A DNA stretch of 64,000 bases from Eledone cirrhosa (GCA_964016885.1 OZ024740.1:242296001-242360000); one strand, 5' to 3'; numbered from the stretch's first letter, positions 27,511 through 42,160 are shown. Made by a program: numbers and translations. The notes: generated by a model not told the origin, from the sequence alone.

Positions 27511-29326
27511 TAGTTAATATGCAACTTTAAAATGTTAATTCTAGGGTTTAAATAGCAGTCAAAATATGAAGACAATCCTTTCAAAGTTTATAATTTTGAA
27601 AAACCACACCTAACAATAGAAAATAGTAATTGCATATTACCATTTTTTTTCTAGAATTAACTCATTTTTAAAGATTATCTTCTCCACTTAAAATTACTTA
27701 TTGATTCATAAATAATTGATTTCAGTGAAATGCCTAATTCAAATGATTTGCAACTGAAATATAAAGATGATTGTGATGCAGAATGTTATCTACAACTCCC
27801 TAATGAAACTCATAGGTTTACAACTGTTGTATTGATCAGTGTTTCTTATACACATAACTACAAAACAACCAAACATTCAAAATCATGTTATATAGAAAGC
27901 AAATTAATTTCATTCATTTAGAAATCTTTGACTGCACAAGTTTGTGGTTCATTAGCCAATAGAAAATAGACAAAAAAAAAGAAATAGAAACAGTAGATAT
28001 CAGATGTGAGATGTAATAGGTTATAGTTTTGAGTGTAAATTGTAAATTTCATTCTTCTGGTCTACGTGAAATAAGAATCAGAAAAAAGAGACCAAACACG
28101 AAACTGTATGTCATCTGTTGAGATTGTGAATTATACCAACAATTCAAAAGCTCTCAATATTTTTCCAGAGGTCTGGGTAACTGAATAATTTACCAATAAC
28201 TATCCAACAAAAATGTTTCTTCAAGGATCAGAATCAGAAGATTGTGATATTTAATATGGGACACCCCTTATATACTAAAGAAAATTAGTTCTTTATATAG
28301 ATATGTAATCAATTCTTTGTGTATCTGATTTAGAATAGGTACACAATATTACTACATGCTGGAAGATGTGACTAAAGAAGTTGGCACCAAGACGGATTTT
28401 CAGCTGTAAAACATTGCTTTAAAAAGGACCCCATATTGAGTATAAAGCCTTTCACGAGGCTTGCAAAGTTAACTTTTGCTTTAGTAGGGAAAAGTGGCCT
28501 TAAAATGCTTACTGCTGCAGCTAAATAGATATTTTATCTGAAACATGAAATAAAAATAGCATTTGTGATTTTCTTATCTTTCATCTTAACCAAAGACATT
28601 ATGTACAAGTGAACTGAAATGGCTGTAACTAGATATTGACACTTATTGGAACTTGGTTGTGAACTCACACCCACACAATATAATCCCTACCCGCTTTTCC
28701 CATTTCAATATACATTCTATTTATTCCTTATTTGTAATTTTGAACTTCTAGATCATATTTTCTAGTCTCTCCTGAGCTATAAGTTTTATTTTAGTCAGTA
28801 AAATATTTACAACGATGACGTGAAATGTCAGATTTTTATCAGAAAAAGTGGAATGTCTCCAACTGTGTATCAAAACCAGGCTTAATTCAATTAGGAACCT
28901 AACTCCAATCCAAACAATAATAATGATGACAATGACATGTAATTCCACTAATGAAGTACGAAGATGGAGAAGCTACATGCAAAGCAAGCTGATAGGTTGT
29001 AGGTTTAAATGTCAGTACACTGTGGGTAAATACTAACCAGGAACATTTCAACAGGCATATACAAATTTTTCTTTTTCTTTTTTTTCCAAATTCATATTTT
29101 AGACACCAATAAAAATATTTTTCAAAAGTGAAATTCAATTGATAAAAAAGCTCTTAAAAATTTTTCTTTTTCTCTAACAGCAAATAATAAAAAAAAGTAT
29201 GATAAATTGTGAAAAATATTTGCGGTGTAAAAAGCGAGTGTTACACATTCATACACACACACACCACACACACACTTATACGCAAAAGCACATACATACA
29301 AAAGCAACAATATTTGTGTACTGACG

Positions 29327-29378
<52 letters not shown>

Positions 29379-30479
29379 CCACATACAGTTGTACCATTTA
29401 GTTTAAAAACAAGAATGTACTGCAGATTAAATGCTAAATATTTCCATTTATTTAATCACTTATGATTCAAATTTTATATAAACTAAAAGAGAATTTTTCA
29501 CCTTTTTAAATAAGAAATTTTTAATTACCATAATGCAATTATTGACAGCATTAACAGAGCCACCGAAACGAATATCATTTAATTTAAGAACATTTTAGAA
29601 AAAAGTATTTTAATTTTAATAGTTGATATTACAGTTTAGTTAAATAAGACAAATTATTGATAAACTATTTGATTATATCATCTATTCTGATGAGTAACAT
29701 CTGTTCCGAAGAAGTTTATCATCAGAGACACAATCCTGAATGATTCAACAATGTAAACTAAAAAACTTTTGATGCTATGGTAGTTAAAGCTGGAAGCTCT
29801 GTTGCTTACAAAACTGTATATTCAATTAAACTAATTACTATTCTGAATGTCTTTGAATAGGGCAATCATAAAACACAATAGAAAGAATGGACAAATACAT
29901 TCACCGTTGGTCGATGAAGGATGAAAAAAAAATGATTGTTGTTGACATTTTGAATGATGTTTGACAGAAATACTACATACAATGTGGTGTCACTGCCATA
30001 AAAAATACACCATAGAAATTTGAGCTTGGGAGATGTGTTGCACATAAAACAACAACCCTTCAGTTGTGTCAAGGTCATGACAATCTCGCTAGTGTTGGGG
30101 ATCTATATGATAACCCCCCTCCCCTGTACATGCTGTAAAGTGGCTGGTGATAGAAAGGGCATCCAGTTGTAGAAAGATTGCCAAAGGGTTGGGAGAATCA
30201 TTCAGTTGTGTCAAGGACAATGACAATCTCTCTAGTGCTGGTGTCATGATAAAATGCATTCAGTAGAGCATGGGACCATATGTAAGCGAGATGTGGACCG
30301 TGGCCTGTCTGGGATGTCAGTAGCTACCCCTGAGTACTGGCTCGGTATGTGACAACCTGTCCAACCCTTGATAGCAGGGAAAATGATGACAATGATAACA
30401 CATTTCTTTGAAAAGCTAGCATACATATATTCAGTTTGCTCAGGAGCATAAGAATTGTATGGTATCAGACCGGTCAAAA

Positions 30480-30960
30480 ATCTTGTCAGATGAGTCAAAA
30501 TTTAATCTGTTTGGCTCTAATGGATGAGTGTACATCTGAAATTGTACAGAAGAATTTCACCCAGAGTGCATGGATGACAATGTCATGGGTTTTAGATGCT
30601 TGCTTGGAAAAAAAGTGGCCAAATACATCAGCTCATTAGTATCTGGAATGGTATAACTTATGTGAAGACCTTGATAAAGATTATGTTTCTTTATTCCAAG
30701 AGTCATTCAGACCAATAATAAATCAGCATGACAATGATCCAAAGAATGGTCATAAAATTCACTAAAAGCAATAAAGTCCAAGAGCTGTAGTGGCCAGCAC
30801 AATCCCTGGATTTAAATCTAATAAAAAAAAAATTATGAAAACGGGCTTGCAAAAGTATTCAACAAAGGAAATCCAGGAAGTTGAATGTCTTACATGATTA
30901 CATAAACAAAAAATGTGGTAAGAAAATTCAGATAATGTGAACATTAAACCTATAAGTAAC
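30480..30960 (+). mobile_element. Highly decayed Tc1-type transposase fragment
   Basis: SDESKFNLFGS, QHDNDPK and WPAQSLDLNLI motifs. Confidence 0.6.
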
Positions 30961-31490
30961 AAACCTAGTAATAGTGTCTTATAATTTTATTCTCCTTGAT
31001 CTTTCATAAACATTTTGTTGGAAAATTTAAATGTTCTTAAATTAAGTGATGTTCATTTTGTAATATTATTGATTGTGTCAATAATTGTATTACACTAACT
31101 TACATCATATAAAAATGTTTACAATCCTCTTTCTATTCATATACAATTTGAATCGTAATAAAATAAACAGAGAAATCATCTGTATAAACTTCTCTTTAAA
31201 TGGATTAATGTCACTGTGTATATAAGTGTATATATATATAATAAAACAATAGTGTAAATCAGCTGAAAAAAAAAAGAAACAGTGAATGTTTCTTTATACT
31301 GCTGCCATGTGTCTACATATATAAAACTAAAGAAAGCCATGCATATCAAAAGCTAGTAAACAAGGTGTAAGTTTTTTTTTTAAATAGGGGTCAAGTTTCA
31401 TAATCTGTGAAAAGGTCCAAAGTGAAGTAGCAATTAATTCCACTTTGTGGTGAATCAAAAGCCATTACACTAATTCTCACTTTTGACTGA

Positions 31491-31652
31491 TTAGGAGGAG
31501 GGCAGCCAGACCGAAGCCAATGTTACCTGTGGTAGTGAAGAAGAAGGAGGAGGAGGAGATGATGCAACACCACCAACAGCTTGGTGGTCTTCGTCACTAA
31601 TACAACCAAGGTTTGATTCAACTTCCTTTCCATGACCTTTTTGTGACTGAAT
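31491..31652 (-). CDS. tau: tau-like terminal coding exon: IQSQKGHGKEVESNLGCISDEDHQAVGGVASSPPPPSSSLPQVTLASVWLPSS*
   Basis: Acceptor ttctctacag, phase 0, 162 nt to TAA. Starts like the post-repeat pseudo-repeat (human IETHK). An internal CAG|gtaaca donor is possible. Confidence 0.7.
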   Translation of the reverse strand: MQSQKGHGKEVESNLGCISDEDHQAVGGVASSPPPPSSSLPQVTLASVWLPSS

Positions 31653-33225
31653 CTGTAGAGAACCAACAGTTGTTATTAACAGATGACTGACAACTTCAAT
31701 AGAAGTAACCTCAGAAAAAAATTATTAAATAATTTGACTAATTGTCACTGGAAATAAAACTCAACAGTTTTAGTACAACATATAATATTCTATCCTTAAA
31801 AAGTTTTCACTTATTACTACATTTTCGATGTATCAAGACAACCAAAGTAACATAGGACAATTATTGAAATAAAACTATACACCTCCCTCAATGGGAATCT
31901 CTATCAGACTGGTTCTATTGTGGCTGCCAACCAATAATAGATAACTTGAGAGACAAAACAACAGCATGTATTCACTTCATGACAACATTAGCTCCATTTC
32001 AAATAATGAAACTAAACAGAACAGTAAAATGGGGAGGTCTAGTATTAATAGATTTACTTGTTATCCTAAATAATAACACTAATTGACAAATTATTGTAAA
32101 AAAAATTAATGAAGAATAATAAACGGTAACTTTCTTTTCTTTTAATTTTATTCCAGTAAACTCCAGTAACATTATTTCACTGATGTAATGAAAGAAGAGA
32201 AAGACAGCACTTTTTGAAACAACTATAAAATGTGCTTCATAAGCTTAACAGTCCTTGATATTAAAATAGAACAGGAATGACAAAAAAGAAATACTAATAG
32301 AAACATATTAAGCATATTACACTATGTATTTAAATACAAACAAAAAGGAATTATAAATCTAATATATAATATAACCCCATAAAAAATTATTTTTAAAGGA
32401 ACATAACTGGTCTAAAACAAAATATTATACAATATAGATTGCACAAATTTCGATATAAAGAGTAAATGAATGTATTTAAAAGTGAGTGTATTATGAATAC
32501 CAACAACTTGGGCTAATATAAAGGTTCTGTTAATTCAAAATAAAATAAGGTAGAGAAAACTAATTGAATGTTGATCATAAATATCAAGGAAGACAGACAT
32601 TTTAGAGAACCTATTTGATTAAAAATGGATCAATTAATGAATGCTAGGACAGAAAAGCAGATACTAAATCATGATGATAAGCAACAAAAAAATGGATAGA
32701 ATCTTTATGATGAAAGAAGGAATTTAAAAGTTCTCTTTGTGAACACATAAAGTTTACTAAATTGATTGATACTGCTTTCAAAAATACATTGTGTTAGTTA
32801 ATTTTAGTTAACTAAAACAAATTAAAAAAAATTTAAACATGAATCACAAAAATATTTCATACAACAAATTAGTAGCAAAAATATAAAAGATTAAAGTGCT
32901 GAGTTTCAGTGACTTAAATTTCTCTCATTGTTTATTTTATAAGGAAAAAGAAACAAAAATTGGTATCATCTAAAATTCATTTCTTTATAAATAAATTATC
33001 AGCCATGGAAAAAGTTGTCACAGTATTTGGCTATAATGAAAAAAACAAAGGAATGCACCATCTACACAAAGCACTGATATTCTAAATAAGTTATCTAAAA
33101 AAAAAATGTTATATAACTTTGATATTAAAGGCAATTATAATCAGAACAAAGATAAATAAATAAACCAATAACTAAATATTAGTAAATATCATTTTAGATC
33201 TTTCATTATTTCAGATTTCCCTTAC

Positions 33226-33315
33226 CTTAACTTCGCCGCCACCAGGTACATGTTTTAGGTTATCTTTAGATCCTACTTTGGGTTCGACTTTCCATTCCAA
33301 TTTCTGGTCTTCAAT
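33226..33315 (-). CDS. tau: tau-like repeat exon, 90 nt: IEDQKLEWKVEPKVGSKDNLKHVPGGGEVK
   Basis: atag acceptor, gtaag donor, phase 0-0, KVGS and PGGG. Confidence 0.92.
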
Positions 33316-33735
33316 CTATATTATTTACAATGAATTAGATTAAAATAAATTATTTCAAATGCCAAAAGAAATTTTAAAATAAAATAAAAATGAAATGAAA
33401 TGAAATTTCAGAAAGAGAAAAGAAAAATATTTATGCTTTTAGCTTTTCAAGTTTTCTCGCTAAGTTGAAAAGATTATAACTGTTGAGAAATTTGAGTGTT
33501 GATTAAAAACCAGTTTTCAAAATAAATAGCTTTGAAAATAACAAAACAGAAAAAATACAATCAAAAGAAATGTGACCTATCACCATGGAAAACATTTTTT
33601 CGCAAGACTATAAGTAAATTAACAAGTTAGAAATGTGCATATCACAAACAGATGTAACATCATAAATGAAATAGAATTTTTTTCTCAAATATAAGTTTAA
33701 ATATTTGGGGGTAAATTTTAGCTTTCATGGATGTA

Positions 33736-34895
33736 AGAGGTGCGTTAAAAAAGAATCAGACTTTATGTTTTCCCTCCAAAATTAATGGTGCCTGGGCAAA
33801 ATCCTTTGGATGGGTGGTGAAGCCACCCTTCCTGCGCATGTGTGTAACATTTTCATGCTGGTATGCCATGTCAGTTCCCAGTTGTTATGCCTAGAGTACA
33901 GATGTGTAGTGCACACTTATCAGATTTTCATTTTCACACAAGATGACCACTCAAGCTCAAACCATCCAGAAGATTCAGCAGGCCTTTGGCAATGATACCA
34001 TGGGCAAAACTCAGATCAAGGTGTGGTGGTACAATCGCTTCAAACATGGCCACACATTAGTGGAGAGCAAGGCACACTCAGGCAGGTAATCCAAAATGAG
34101 GAACTGATTGAGAAGGTTCTGCGAATAGTCATGGAAGACAATTGTGGAACAATCCAGGAAATTGCTCACAAAGAGGGAATGCGCACAGAATCGGTGCATT
34201 CCATTTTAATAGAAGATTTGTGCATATGGACAGTGTTGGTGTAATTCATCCCGAAGGTGCTGGTGTGGCAGCATAAGCAACTCTGCATGGAAATCACTCA
34301 GGACATGCTGGACTGTGCAAACCCCGGCCAACTGGTGATGAGACATGGGTTTATGATTACGACCAAGAAGCCAAGTTCCAGTCCTCCCATTGGAAGCATC
34401 CATCATTACCAAGGCCCAAAATAGCATGACAGGTTCGCAGCAATGTGGAGGTGATGTTGACATGTTTCTTTGACTCCTGTGGTATTGTGCATCATGAATA
34501 TGCACAAGGCCAAACAAGGTTATATGCTGCCTTCATGATGCTCTGCGTTGAAAGCAACTTCACCATGACAATATACCCGTTCATTCCACCCATATAATCC
34601 AAGCTTTCCTGGTCAAAAGCAACATACCACTTGTTTGACAAGCTCCCAACAAGGCACCGTATGGCTTGTGGTTCTTTCCCAATCTGAAAGCCATGCTGAA
34701 AGAGGAAATTATGAAAAGAGTGATGGCAGAGCCTCATAGCATTTCAAAGAAGGCAATCCAGAGGTGTTACCAGCGGCAACAGAACCACTGGGAGAAGTGT
34801 GTCAACTCCCAAGGGTTGTATGATTAAATAAAATTTGTGAAACGTACAAAATTGTTTTTATGCCCAAAGGTCGGATACTTTTTGAACACATCTTG
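33736..34895 (+). mobile_element. Decayed mariner transposon in a tau intron
   Basis: Imperfect TIRs (AGAGGTGCGTTAAAAAAGAATC / GATACTTTTTGAACACATCTTG) flanked by TA. Remnants FIPKVL, TGDETWVYDYD, GIVHHEY. Confidence 0.8.
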
Positions 34896-36926
34896 TATAC
34901 ATAAAATTGTAATACCCACAATAATGTTAGTGTATTAAATGACTTCAAAATATTTTAAAGAGCAACACCAGCATTCCCAGTAGTAGTGTCTAACTGAAAG
35001 TGAGCCTGTCTCCTGTTCTTTTTTCTTTTTGATTCATTTTTATCTATTTACTTTTGTAAACCATGTTTATCATTTTTCTACTGTTAAAAGCAATATAACA
35101 TTATTGCATGTGCTTAAAAATCAGTAAAATGATAGCTACAATATGAACATCAAGGAATCAATATTCTACAATAGAAATATTGACATTTTTGTTTCCCTCC
35201 TAAATTTACAAACTTTAGCTATTGAATCATCAATTAAAAACTTAACTAAAACAAAGCAATATTGGAAATTTCTACCCTAGTGTTCCATCAATCTGAAATT
35301 TACTGTTATTATATTGATACACTGATGACATAGAGTCAAGTAAGTCACAGTTAGTCATCAGAACATATATCTCCCATCCCGTGACCCCCTACTAACAATC
35401 TTCTTAGTAAAGGAAGTATGTTAAGCATTTTATTAGAGACCCTTACTAAAATAATACAGAAACCGTAGAGACCTTTTTGTCATTGGAAGGATTGCATGTA
35501 ATCTAATCTAAGGAATCATTTTACATTTGCTTATTAAAATAATGAAATTCTTGTCAGGAGACAAGTTTAATTAAACATATACTGTTTATAAATCTTGAAG
35601 CAGCTTTATTTCTTAACACAATTTCTTGAGAATGCTAATCAATATAAACATCTAGATTTAGTACTTGATGTAACAAGTCTACACATTTTTATCTTTAATT
35701 AAAAAACTACAGATATAAATGAATAAAATTAATATAAATATTTAAGAAAATTGATTACAAACTATTTCTCCAAATTCAACATAAATATCAATTAAAAAGT
35801 CTTTAGAAATAAATATCAATGATGATTAATAAGAATTTGGTATTCAAATAGAAATGAAATGCTTGCAACATATCACAAGATGTAAAAATAAAATCTTAAC
35901 AATAGACTAACTGTTAAACATAAGCAACAGAATGATCAATATCTATTAAATGCATTTCAAACTTAAATACAAATGTAATAATTAAAAACAATCCAAACAA
36001 ATATAGCAGCTAAAGAATATTCATATGATACAGTATAACTGTATTAAAGTAAGAATTATATTTAAATTTATAATAGTATCAAAGAAAGATTAAAGTAATT
36101 ACAATATAACTATTTCACTGATATTTTTAATATTTAATGCATAACAGATACATATATTTTTAAATAAACACTTGGCACAATTTAGAAATTACATTAATTC
36201 CATATCTGATACAATATCATGACAAGAAAATAATATAAGTTGTCACTAAATCAGGCAAATTACAATGAAACTTTATATTGTAAAAAAAGAATAATAAAAC
36301 GATCATTGTACTAACAGAATCAACCAAATACAACATTAATCAAAAATAAAAATTTAAAAATTGCATGCAAATATAAACCAAATATAAATTTCATTGAAAA
36401 AATAATTTCACACTTAATAGAATAAATATTTATGTTACTACAAATAAGTATGTACCATTTTGGCTTTGAACACTTAGTAAATTCATTAAAGGATTTGATT
36501 TATATCAGATTATAAAACCTAATTGAAGTGCTAATGATTCCTTGAATTTATGACAGCTTATTAACTAAAATGCAAATGTCTTTAACATGATATATTACTT
36601 GCTTTTTTTATACATAATGCATTTTTATTATTTTTTAAAATCAGTCCTAGAAGTATATGCAACCATACACACCACAATGATGTTATATCATTGGACTGAA
36701 ACTAAAGCAACTGTTCCCAGAAATATCAGATATGCAGAGATACAAAACCTTCATGCTAACACTTGATAGATCAATGTATTTCTTTAGTATTTACATATAT
36801 GTATATATATATAATGCAAATAGGTTTATCAGAAGAAATGCATTTGGAACATTATTGCAGTCTAAAAAGTATGCTGACTCTTGAAAAACAAACAAGTTCA
36901 AAGTCAAGCCGGTCTATCCTACTCAC

Positions 36927-37016
36927 CTTCTTTTCCCCACCACCTGGTTTGTGATATATATTATCCTTGGAGCCAACTTTTGGCTGAGCAATCCACTCAA
37001 CTTTCTCATCCAATAC
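36927..37016 (-). CDS. tau: tau-like repeat exon, 90 nt: VLDEKVEWIAQPKVGSKDNIYHKPGGGEKK
   Basis: tctcag acceptor, gtgagt donor, phase 0-0. Confidence 0.92.
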
Positions 37017-38138
37017 CTGAGATGGGGAGGTAAATTACAGAACATTCTCAATTAAAAAGATCCAAGTAAGAAAAAATCAGAGTTTTTTCTTTCAGTTTCC
37101 TGGGCATCACTAAACCATTTAAAATTAAGACAGTAAAAGATATATAACATAATGTCGTTATTTTATTAAAGTATCTATAACTTTTTATGGACTGACATAA
37201 TTAGATTATGTAAGTTTGTTTTTGACAAAAATTGTTTAAAGATGTTAGTAAAAATTCAGGCAATTTTAAAAAGAAATTGTAATTTTCTTTTTTAAATAAT
37301 TAGTAATGTTTGTTTATTGATGAGAGATGATGACATTAATGAAATGAATATAACTGTAAATTATAAGGCAATCGCAAATGTCAGATAAATATTGTCTCTT
37401 TTATAGTAAAACAAAATTTATATAAGCAAATTAAACTGGATTTTCTTCCTGAATTGAAAAAAAGATTTATTAGTTGTAAACTAATCATTTATTTTTAGTA
37501 ATTGTAGCATTCTTTGGAGTCAAAGTAAAAAAATAAAGCTAATAAATTAGTTAGCCAGACACTGCAAGTTATATTATAAAAAGACACAACCTCAACTGTT
37601 GGCAATTAAAAAAAGTCATTATTAGCAACAGAATGTTTGACTTAATATCTCTTAATGATGACTCCAGAGTCAAGGTAAAAACACTACATATATATGTATC
37701 AATTATTACTTCAGTTCATACTACATGTATATAACAAATGTCACATTCTTCTTTTAACATTTTTTCCACAGAATTCAGTAATGCAAGTGAAGAATTATAG
37801 CATCATTGAACAAATTGTATATGTTCACAGATATGTGTCTATACATACACAAACATAATGTATTATGCTTCTATATCTTCAAAGATAATCTTAGTTGTAA
37901 TTATAAATAACAATCCCATTTATCACTAAAATTATATATTAATATGCCATATATATTGATATGCTCAATATTTGTTTCATTAAAATGTATTTTATATCAC
38001 CAGCAATAGTAGTCATGTTTTCAATTCCTCCTGAATATATGGAATTTCAGTAATTTGTTACTGAATAGAAAGCTAACAATTGTTATAAAGAATAGCTCAG
38101 AAAAATCAGAAACACAAAATAGTGGATCTGAACCTTAC

Positions 38139-38228
38139 CTTTTTATCTCCACCACCAGGCTTATGAGTAATATTGGCTTTCGAACCCACTTTAGGCTGAA
38201 CTGACCATTCCAACTTATCATCTAGGAT
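38139..38228 (-). CDS. tau: tau-like repeat exon, 90 nt: ILDDKLEWSVQPKVGSKANITHKPGGGDKK
   Basis: accag acceptor, gtaagg donor, phase 0-0. Visible inside ORF 38106-38369. Confidence 0.92.
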
Positions 38229-38767
38229 CTGGTTTAAGTAGGTAAATAAAACAATGATATTTATATGTAATGTATGTATGTAATGTATGTATGCAGAGAA
38301 AAAAATAGATACATATGGCCTAGAAAGTTTAAGAGAAAAGGTAATTAATTGGATTTGAATGGACAACACTAACCTAAGGCATTTTAAGAACCCATTAGAC
38401 TATGAGCAGTAATATTTAGAAATATTTAGTCCATAACTTTGTGGATAACAAAATTATGTATGAAATTTTTCTGAAGCTATGATTTATAGAAGAAAAAACA
38501 ACAATGTGAACATAACTAATTCCTTGAAAAATAAAAACAATTCTTTATTTCTTGAATAAAAGCAATCTGAAAAAGTATTACCAATTTACAATACAACAAT
38601 GGTTGTAGCACATAAAAATATTTTCTGACAAATGCATACACACACACATACATGCATGCACGTGAGTGTGTGTTGCATTAAAAACATGACTATACTCTCT
38701 AGTTTTATCTCTTTTATGAATTTTTTTCTCTTCATATTTTCATATTAGACTCTTGCAATTAGTTTAA

Positions 38768-38982
38768 CCCTTTAGCATTTACATTGCTCTATATATACTA
38801 TTGTATTTTTGTGGTAAAGGCTTTATCTTACATAATTATCTCACATAAAATCGAATCTACGAGATTTTTATGTTATTTATTTTGAGAAAAATACCTTAAC
38901 ATAAGTGGTCAAGGATAGCTGGTTTGAACAGAAATAGGTGAGAGAATTTTGGTTGGATATGGCCGGTTTAAATGCTAAAGGT
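38768..38982. mobile_element. piggyBac-type MITE
   Basis: TTAA-CCCTTTAGCATTTA ... TAAATGCTAAAGGT-TTAA. Confidence 0.7.
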
Positions 38983-39396
38983 TTAAACATTGAGGTTCTA
39001 ATTTATAGAAATTATAATATTCCAAACAAACAGCAAGAGAGTCATACAAAAATATGGGGGAAAAAACTCTAAAAAATTCTATATATATATATATAGAGAG
39101 AGAGAGAGAAACCATGTAATATAACAACAGCAGCCTGATGATATGCATCACTTCTGTACCAGTAATTAGTATAAGTTTGGTTATTATGCATGGGAGCATG
39201 TTTTAGTATAGTTCTGAAGTATGTGATTAGCTTGTTTACTTTATGTTCAGTGTGGTATGTATAGGTTAGGTTAGATCAGGTTTAGGTGTATGGACGGTAT
39301 TTTCTTGGATCATGGATAGGATAGAAAGGATAGAATTGGAGTTACTTTGTTCACATTTATGATAGGACATTTAACAGTTATTGTTATATATATATA

Positions 39397-39730
39397 TATA
39401 AGGAAAAAAGATGAAGTCGAAAATGCAACTGGAGTCTTTTTAAGAATATTTATTTGGTTCCTTTGCAGTTATTGTGCTTTTCAAAAGTAGAATTGAGATG
39501 GAGGGTCTGTGGTTTTTCTCGCATCTCGAGATGCGAGAAAAACCACAGACCCTCCATCTCAATTCTACTTTTGAAAAGCACAATAACTGCGAAACTGGCA
39601 AAGGAACCAAATAAATATTCTTAAAAAGACTCCAGTTGCATTTTCGACTTCATCTTTTTTCCTTATACTTTCACTCGTGTAGGACGTCTCGTTGTTTTTC
39701 ATTTTGTAAAAAAAAACTCATTTTCTTATA
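39397..39730. mobile_element. Spacerless palindrome (about 39397-39667, centre CATCTCGAGATG) plus tail; PLE-like insert in TA
   Basis: ~130-bp arms with one ~9-nt indel. Confidence 0.7.
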
Positions 39731-39739
39731 TATATATAG

Positions 39740-41947
39740 AAGGAGAATAAATGGGAGAAAGACAGTCTCCCCCACATCGATCCAATAGAGGGACCAGCAG
39801 TGTTAGTCGAAGGTAGTATAATAAGTAAGGCAATCAAAGATATGAAGACGGGTAAGGCGGCTGGGCCTTCGGAAATAGTTGCAGAGATGCTGAAAGCCTC
39901 CGGTACGGTGGGACACACCATGGTCACCCGGATAGTAAACCAAGTCATACAGAATGGGGTTGTTCCGAAGGACTGGCGTAGCAGCATCATCGTTAACTGT
40001 TACAAGGGTAAAGGAGACGCCCTAGATAGGAGTAACTATAGAGGCATTAAATTAATCGACCAGGTCATGAAGGTCAAGGAAAAAGTAATAGCGGAAACTA
40101 ATCAGAGAGAGAATTGATCTAGATGAAATGCAGTTCGGGTTTGTGTCAGGCAAAAGTACCACAGACGCTCTTTTCATTGTACGACAACTACAGGAGAAGT
40201 ACCTAGCTAAAAGTAAACCCCTATACTTAGCTTTTGTCGACTTGGAGAAAGCCTTCGACAGAGTCCCCCGTTCCATTATCTGGTGGGCTCTTAGAAAACT
40301 AGGTGTTGACGAATGGCTTGTGAGAGCCATACAAGCCATGTATAAAGAAACAGTCAGCAAGGTTAGAATTAACAACGAATATAGTGAAGAGTTTAGCGTA
40401 AAAGTTGGTGTCCATCAGGGCTCTGTTCTTAGCCCCCTACTATTTATTATTGCCCTTCAGGCTATAACAGAGGAGTTCAAGACCGGCTGCCCATGGGAAC
40501 TCCTATACGCAGATGATCTAACGCTCATAGCTGAATCAATGGCCGAGCTAGAGAAGAAATTCCAAACATGGAAGCACGGCCTAGAATCAAAAGGCCTTAA
40601 AATTAACCTGGCTAAGACTAAAGTTCTAGTTTGTAGGAAAGAAAATAAGGCGCCGGTCCCCTCCGGGAAATGGCCATGCTCAGTGTGTAGGAAAGGCGTA
40701 GGTAGAAACTCCATTTTATGTCCCAAATGCAAAGTATGGGTGCATAAAAGATGTAGTGGGATCACAGGTAAGCTAACTAAGAACACAGATTTTACATGTG
40801 GCCGGTGCTCTGGTGCAATAAGTAGCAGCAAGTGCCCACAAAATACTAACTCTTTCAATTGCGCAGAGGGTTCTATAGAAATAGTGGACACCTTCCGTTA
40901 CCTGGGTGACAAAATCAGCAGTGGGGGAGGGTGCTCTGAAAGTACAGTAGCTAGAGTCAGAACTGGATGGAAAAAGTTCAGAGAGCTTATACCACTATTA
41001 GCCGCTAAACGGTTCTCCCTAAAAATGAAAGGCAGGTTGTATGATGCCTGCATACGAACAGCAATGTTGCATGGCAGTGAGACCTGGGCATTGTGTGCAG
41101 AGGATATACGCAGACTAGAGAGGAACGAAGCTTGCATGCTCCGCTGGATGTGTAATAGTAATATACGTGAACAGCAAAGCATAAACGAACTAAGGAAAAA
41201 ATTAGAAATAAGAGAGATCAGATGTTGTTTACTCGAGAGAAGGCTACGTTGGTATGGTCACGTGATGCACATGAAAGACGACAGCTGTATAACAAAGTGC
41301 AGGGCAATAAAGATAGATGGTAGCCACGGAGTAGGCAGACCCAGGAAAACCTGGGACTTGATAAATTCCGACCTCACACACTTACACCTCTCCAAGACAA
41401 TGTCACTGGACCGAGACCTTTGGCGGTACTCAGTAACAGAGAAGACCCGCCTTACCTAAATACAAAGTAAAACCTACTAGTCAGTAGGCATCTCTAACAA
41501 AATACACCCCCGTCCCACCCCATCCACACCGCCCCCTTCAATGCAAAGTTATGTTGGTGCCACAACATCCAGTTTGAAACAAACGAGATCGTGTAGGTGT
41601 CACGACAAAAAAACACACAGTCCACGCTGTAATGTGACCGTGTAGGCAACACGGTAAAAACCTCCCAGTCCCACACTGTAAATGTGGTTGGTGTTAGGAA
41701 GGGCATCCAGCTGTAGAAAACACGCCAGACAGTCCACGCTGTAATGTGGCCGCGTAGGCAACACGGTAAAAACCTCCCAGTCCCACACTGTAAATGTGGT
41801 TGGTGTTAGGAAGGGCATCCAGCTGTAGAAAACCCGCCAGACAGTCCTATGCGAGCAAGACAACCACTCTTGCCTCAAGTGGGAAAACCCCCGTCCAAAC
41901 CCATGCAAGCGTGGAACAGGGACATTAAACGATGATGATGATGATGA
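39740..41947 (+). mobile_element. Young 5'-truncated RTE-clade LINE (RT, PHD-like finger, 3'UTR with 114-bp tandem duplication, (GAT)n tail), antisense in a tau intron
   Basis: ORFs 39800-40117 and 40128-41459: NYRGIKL, FVDLEKAFDRVP, VHQGSVLSP, YADD, FRYLG, RLRWYGHV. Confidence 0.92.
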
Positions 41948-42093
41948 TATATTTAAAGGTTAAACAATGTTCAATGAATAAATCAAAGAATGGGTTTTAC
42001 AATAGATTGGAAGCACTCAACAGATTTGGTTATCCAGAGTTATTGATATTAATTCAAAATATTAACAAAAATAGACATTCGTGTGATCAAGTA

Positions 42094-42160
42094 TATTTTA
42101 TTATACATATTTCAGAGGTACTGAGCTATCTTCAACAGTACGTCCTCATCAGATAAAATA
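42094..42160 (-). ncRNA. Minimal type I HHR motif on the tau sense strand (intronic)
   Basis: Reverse complement: TATTTTAT-CTGATGA-GGACGTACTG...CAGTACCTCT-GAAA-TATGTA-TA^ATAAAATA. Confidence 0.7.

Noticed and set aside
29687-29724. CTGATGA...TCATCAG hairpin suggesting a snoRNA box or HHR
   Set aside because: No GAAA/stem III and no proper C/D arrangement.
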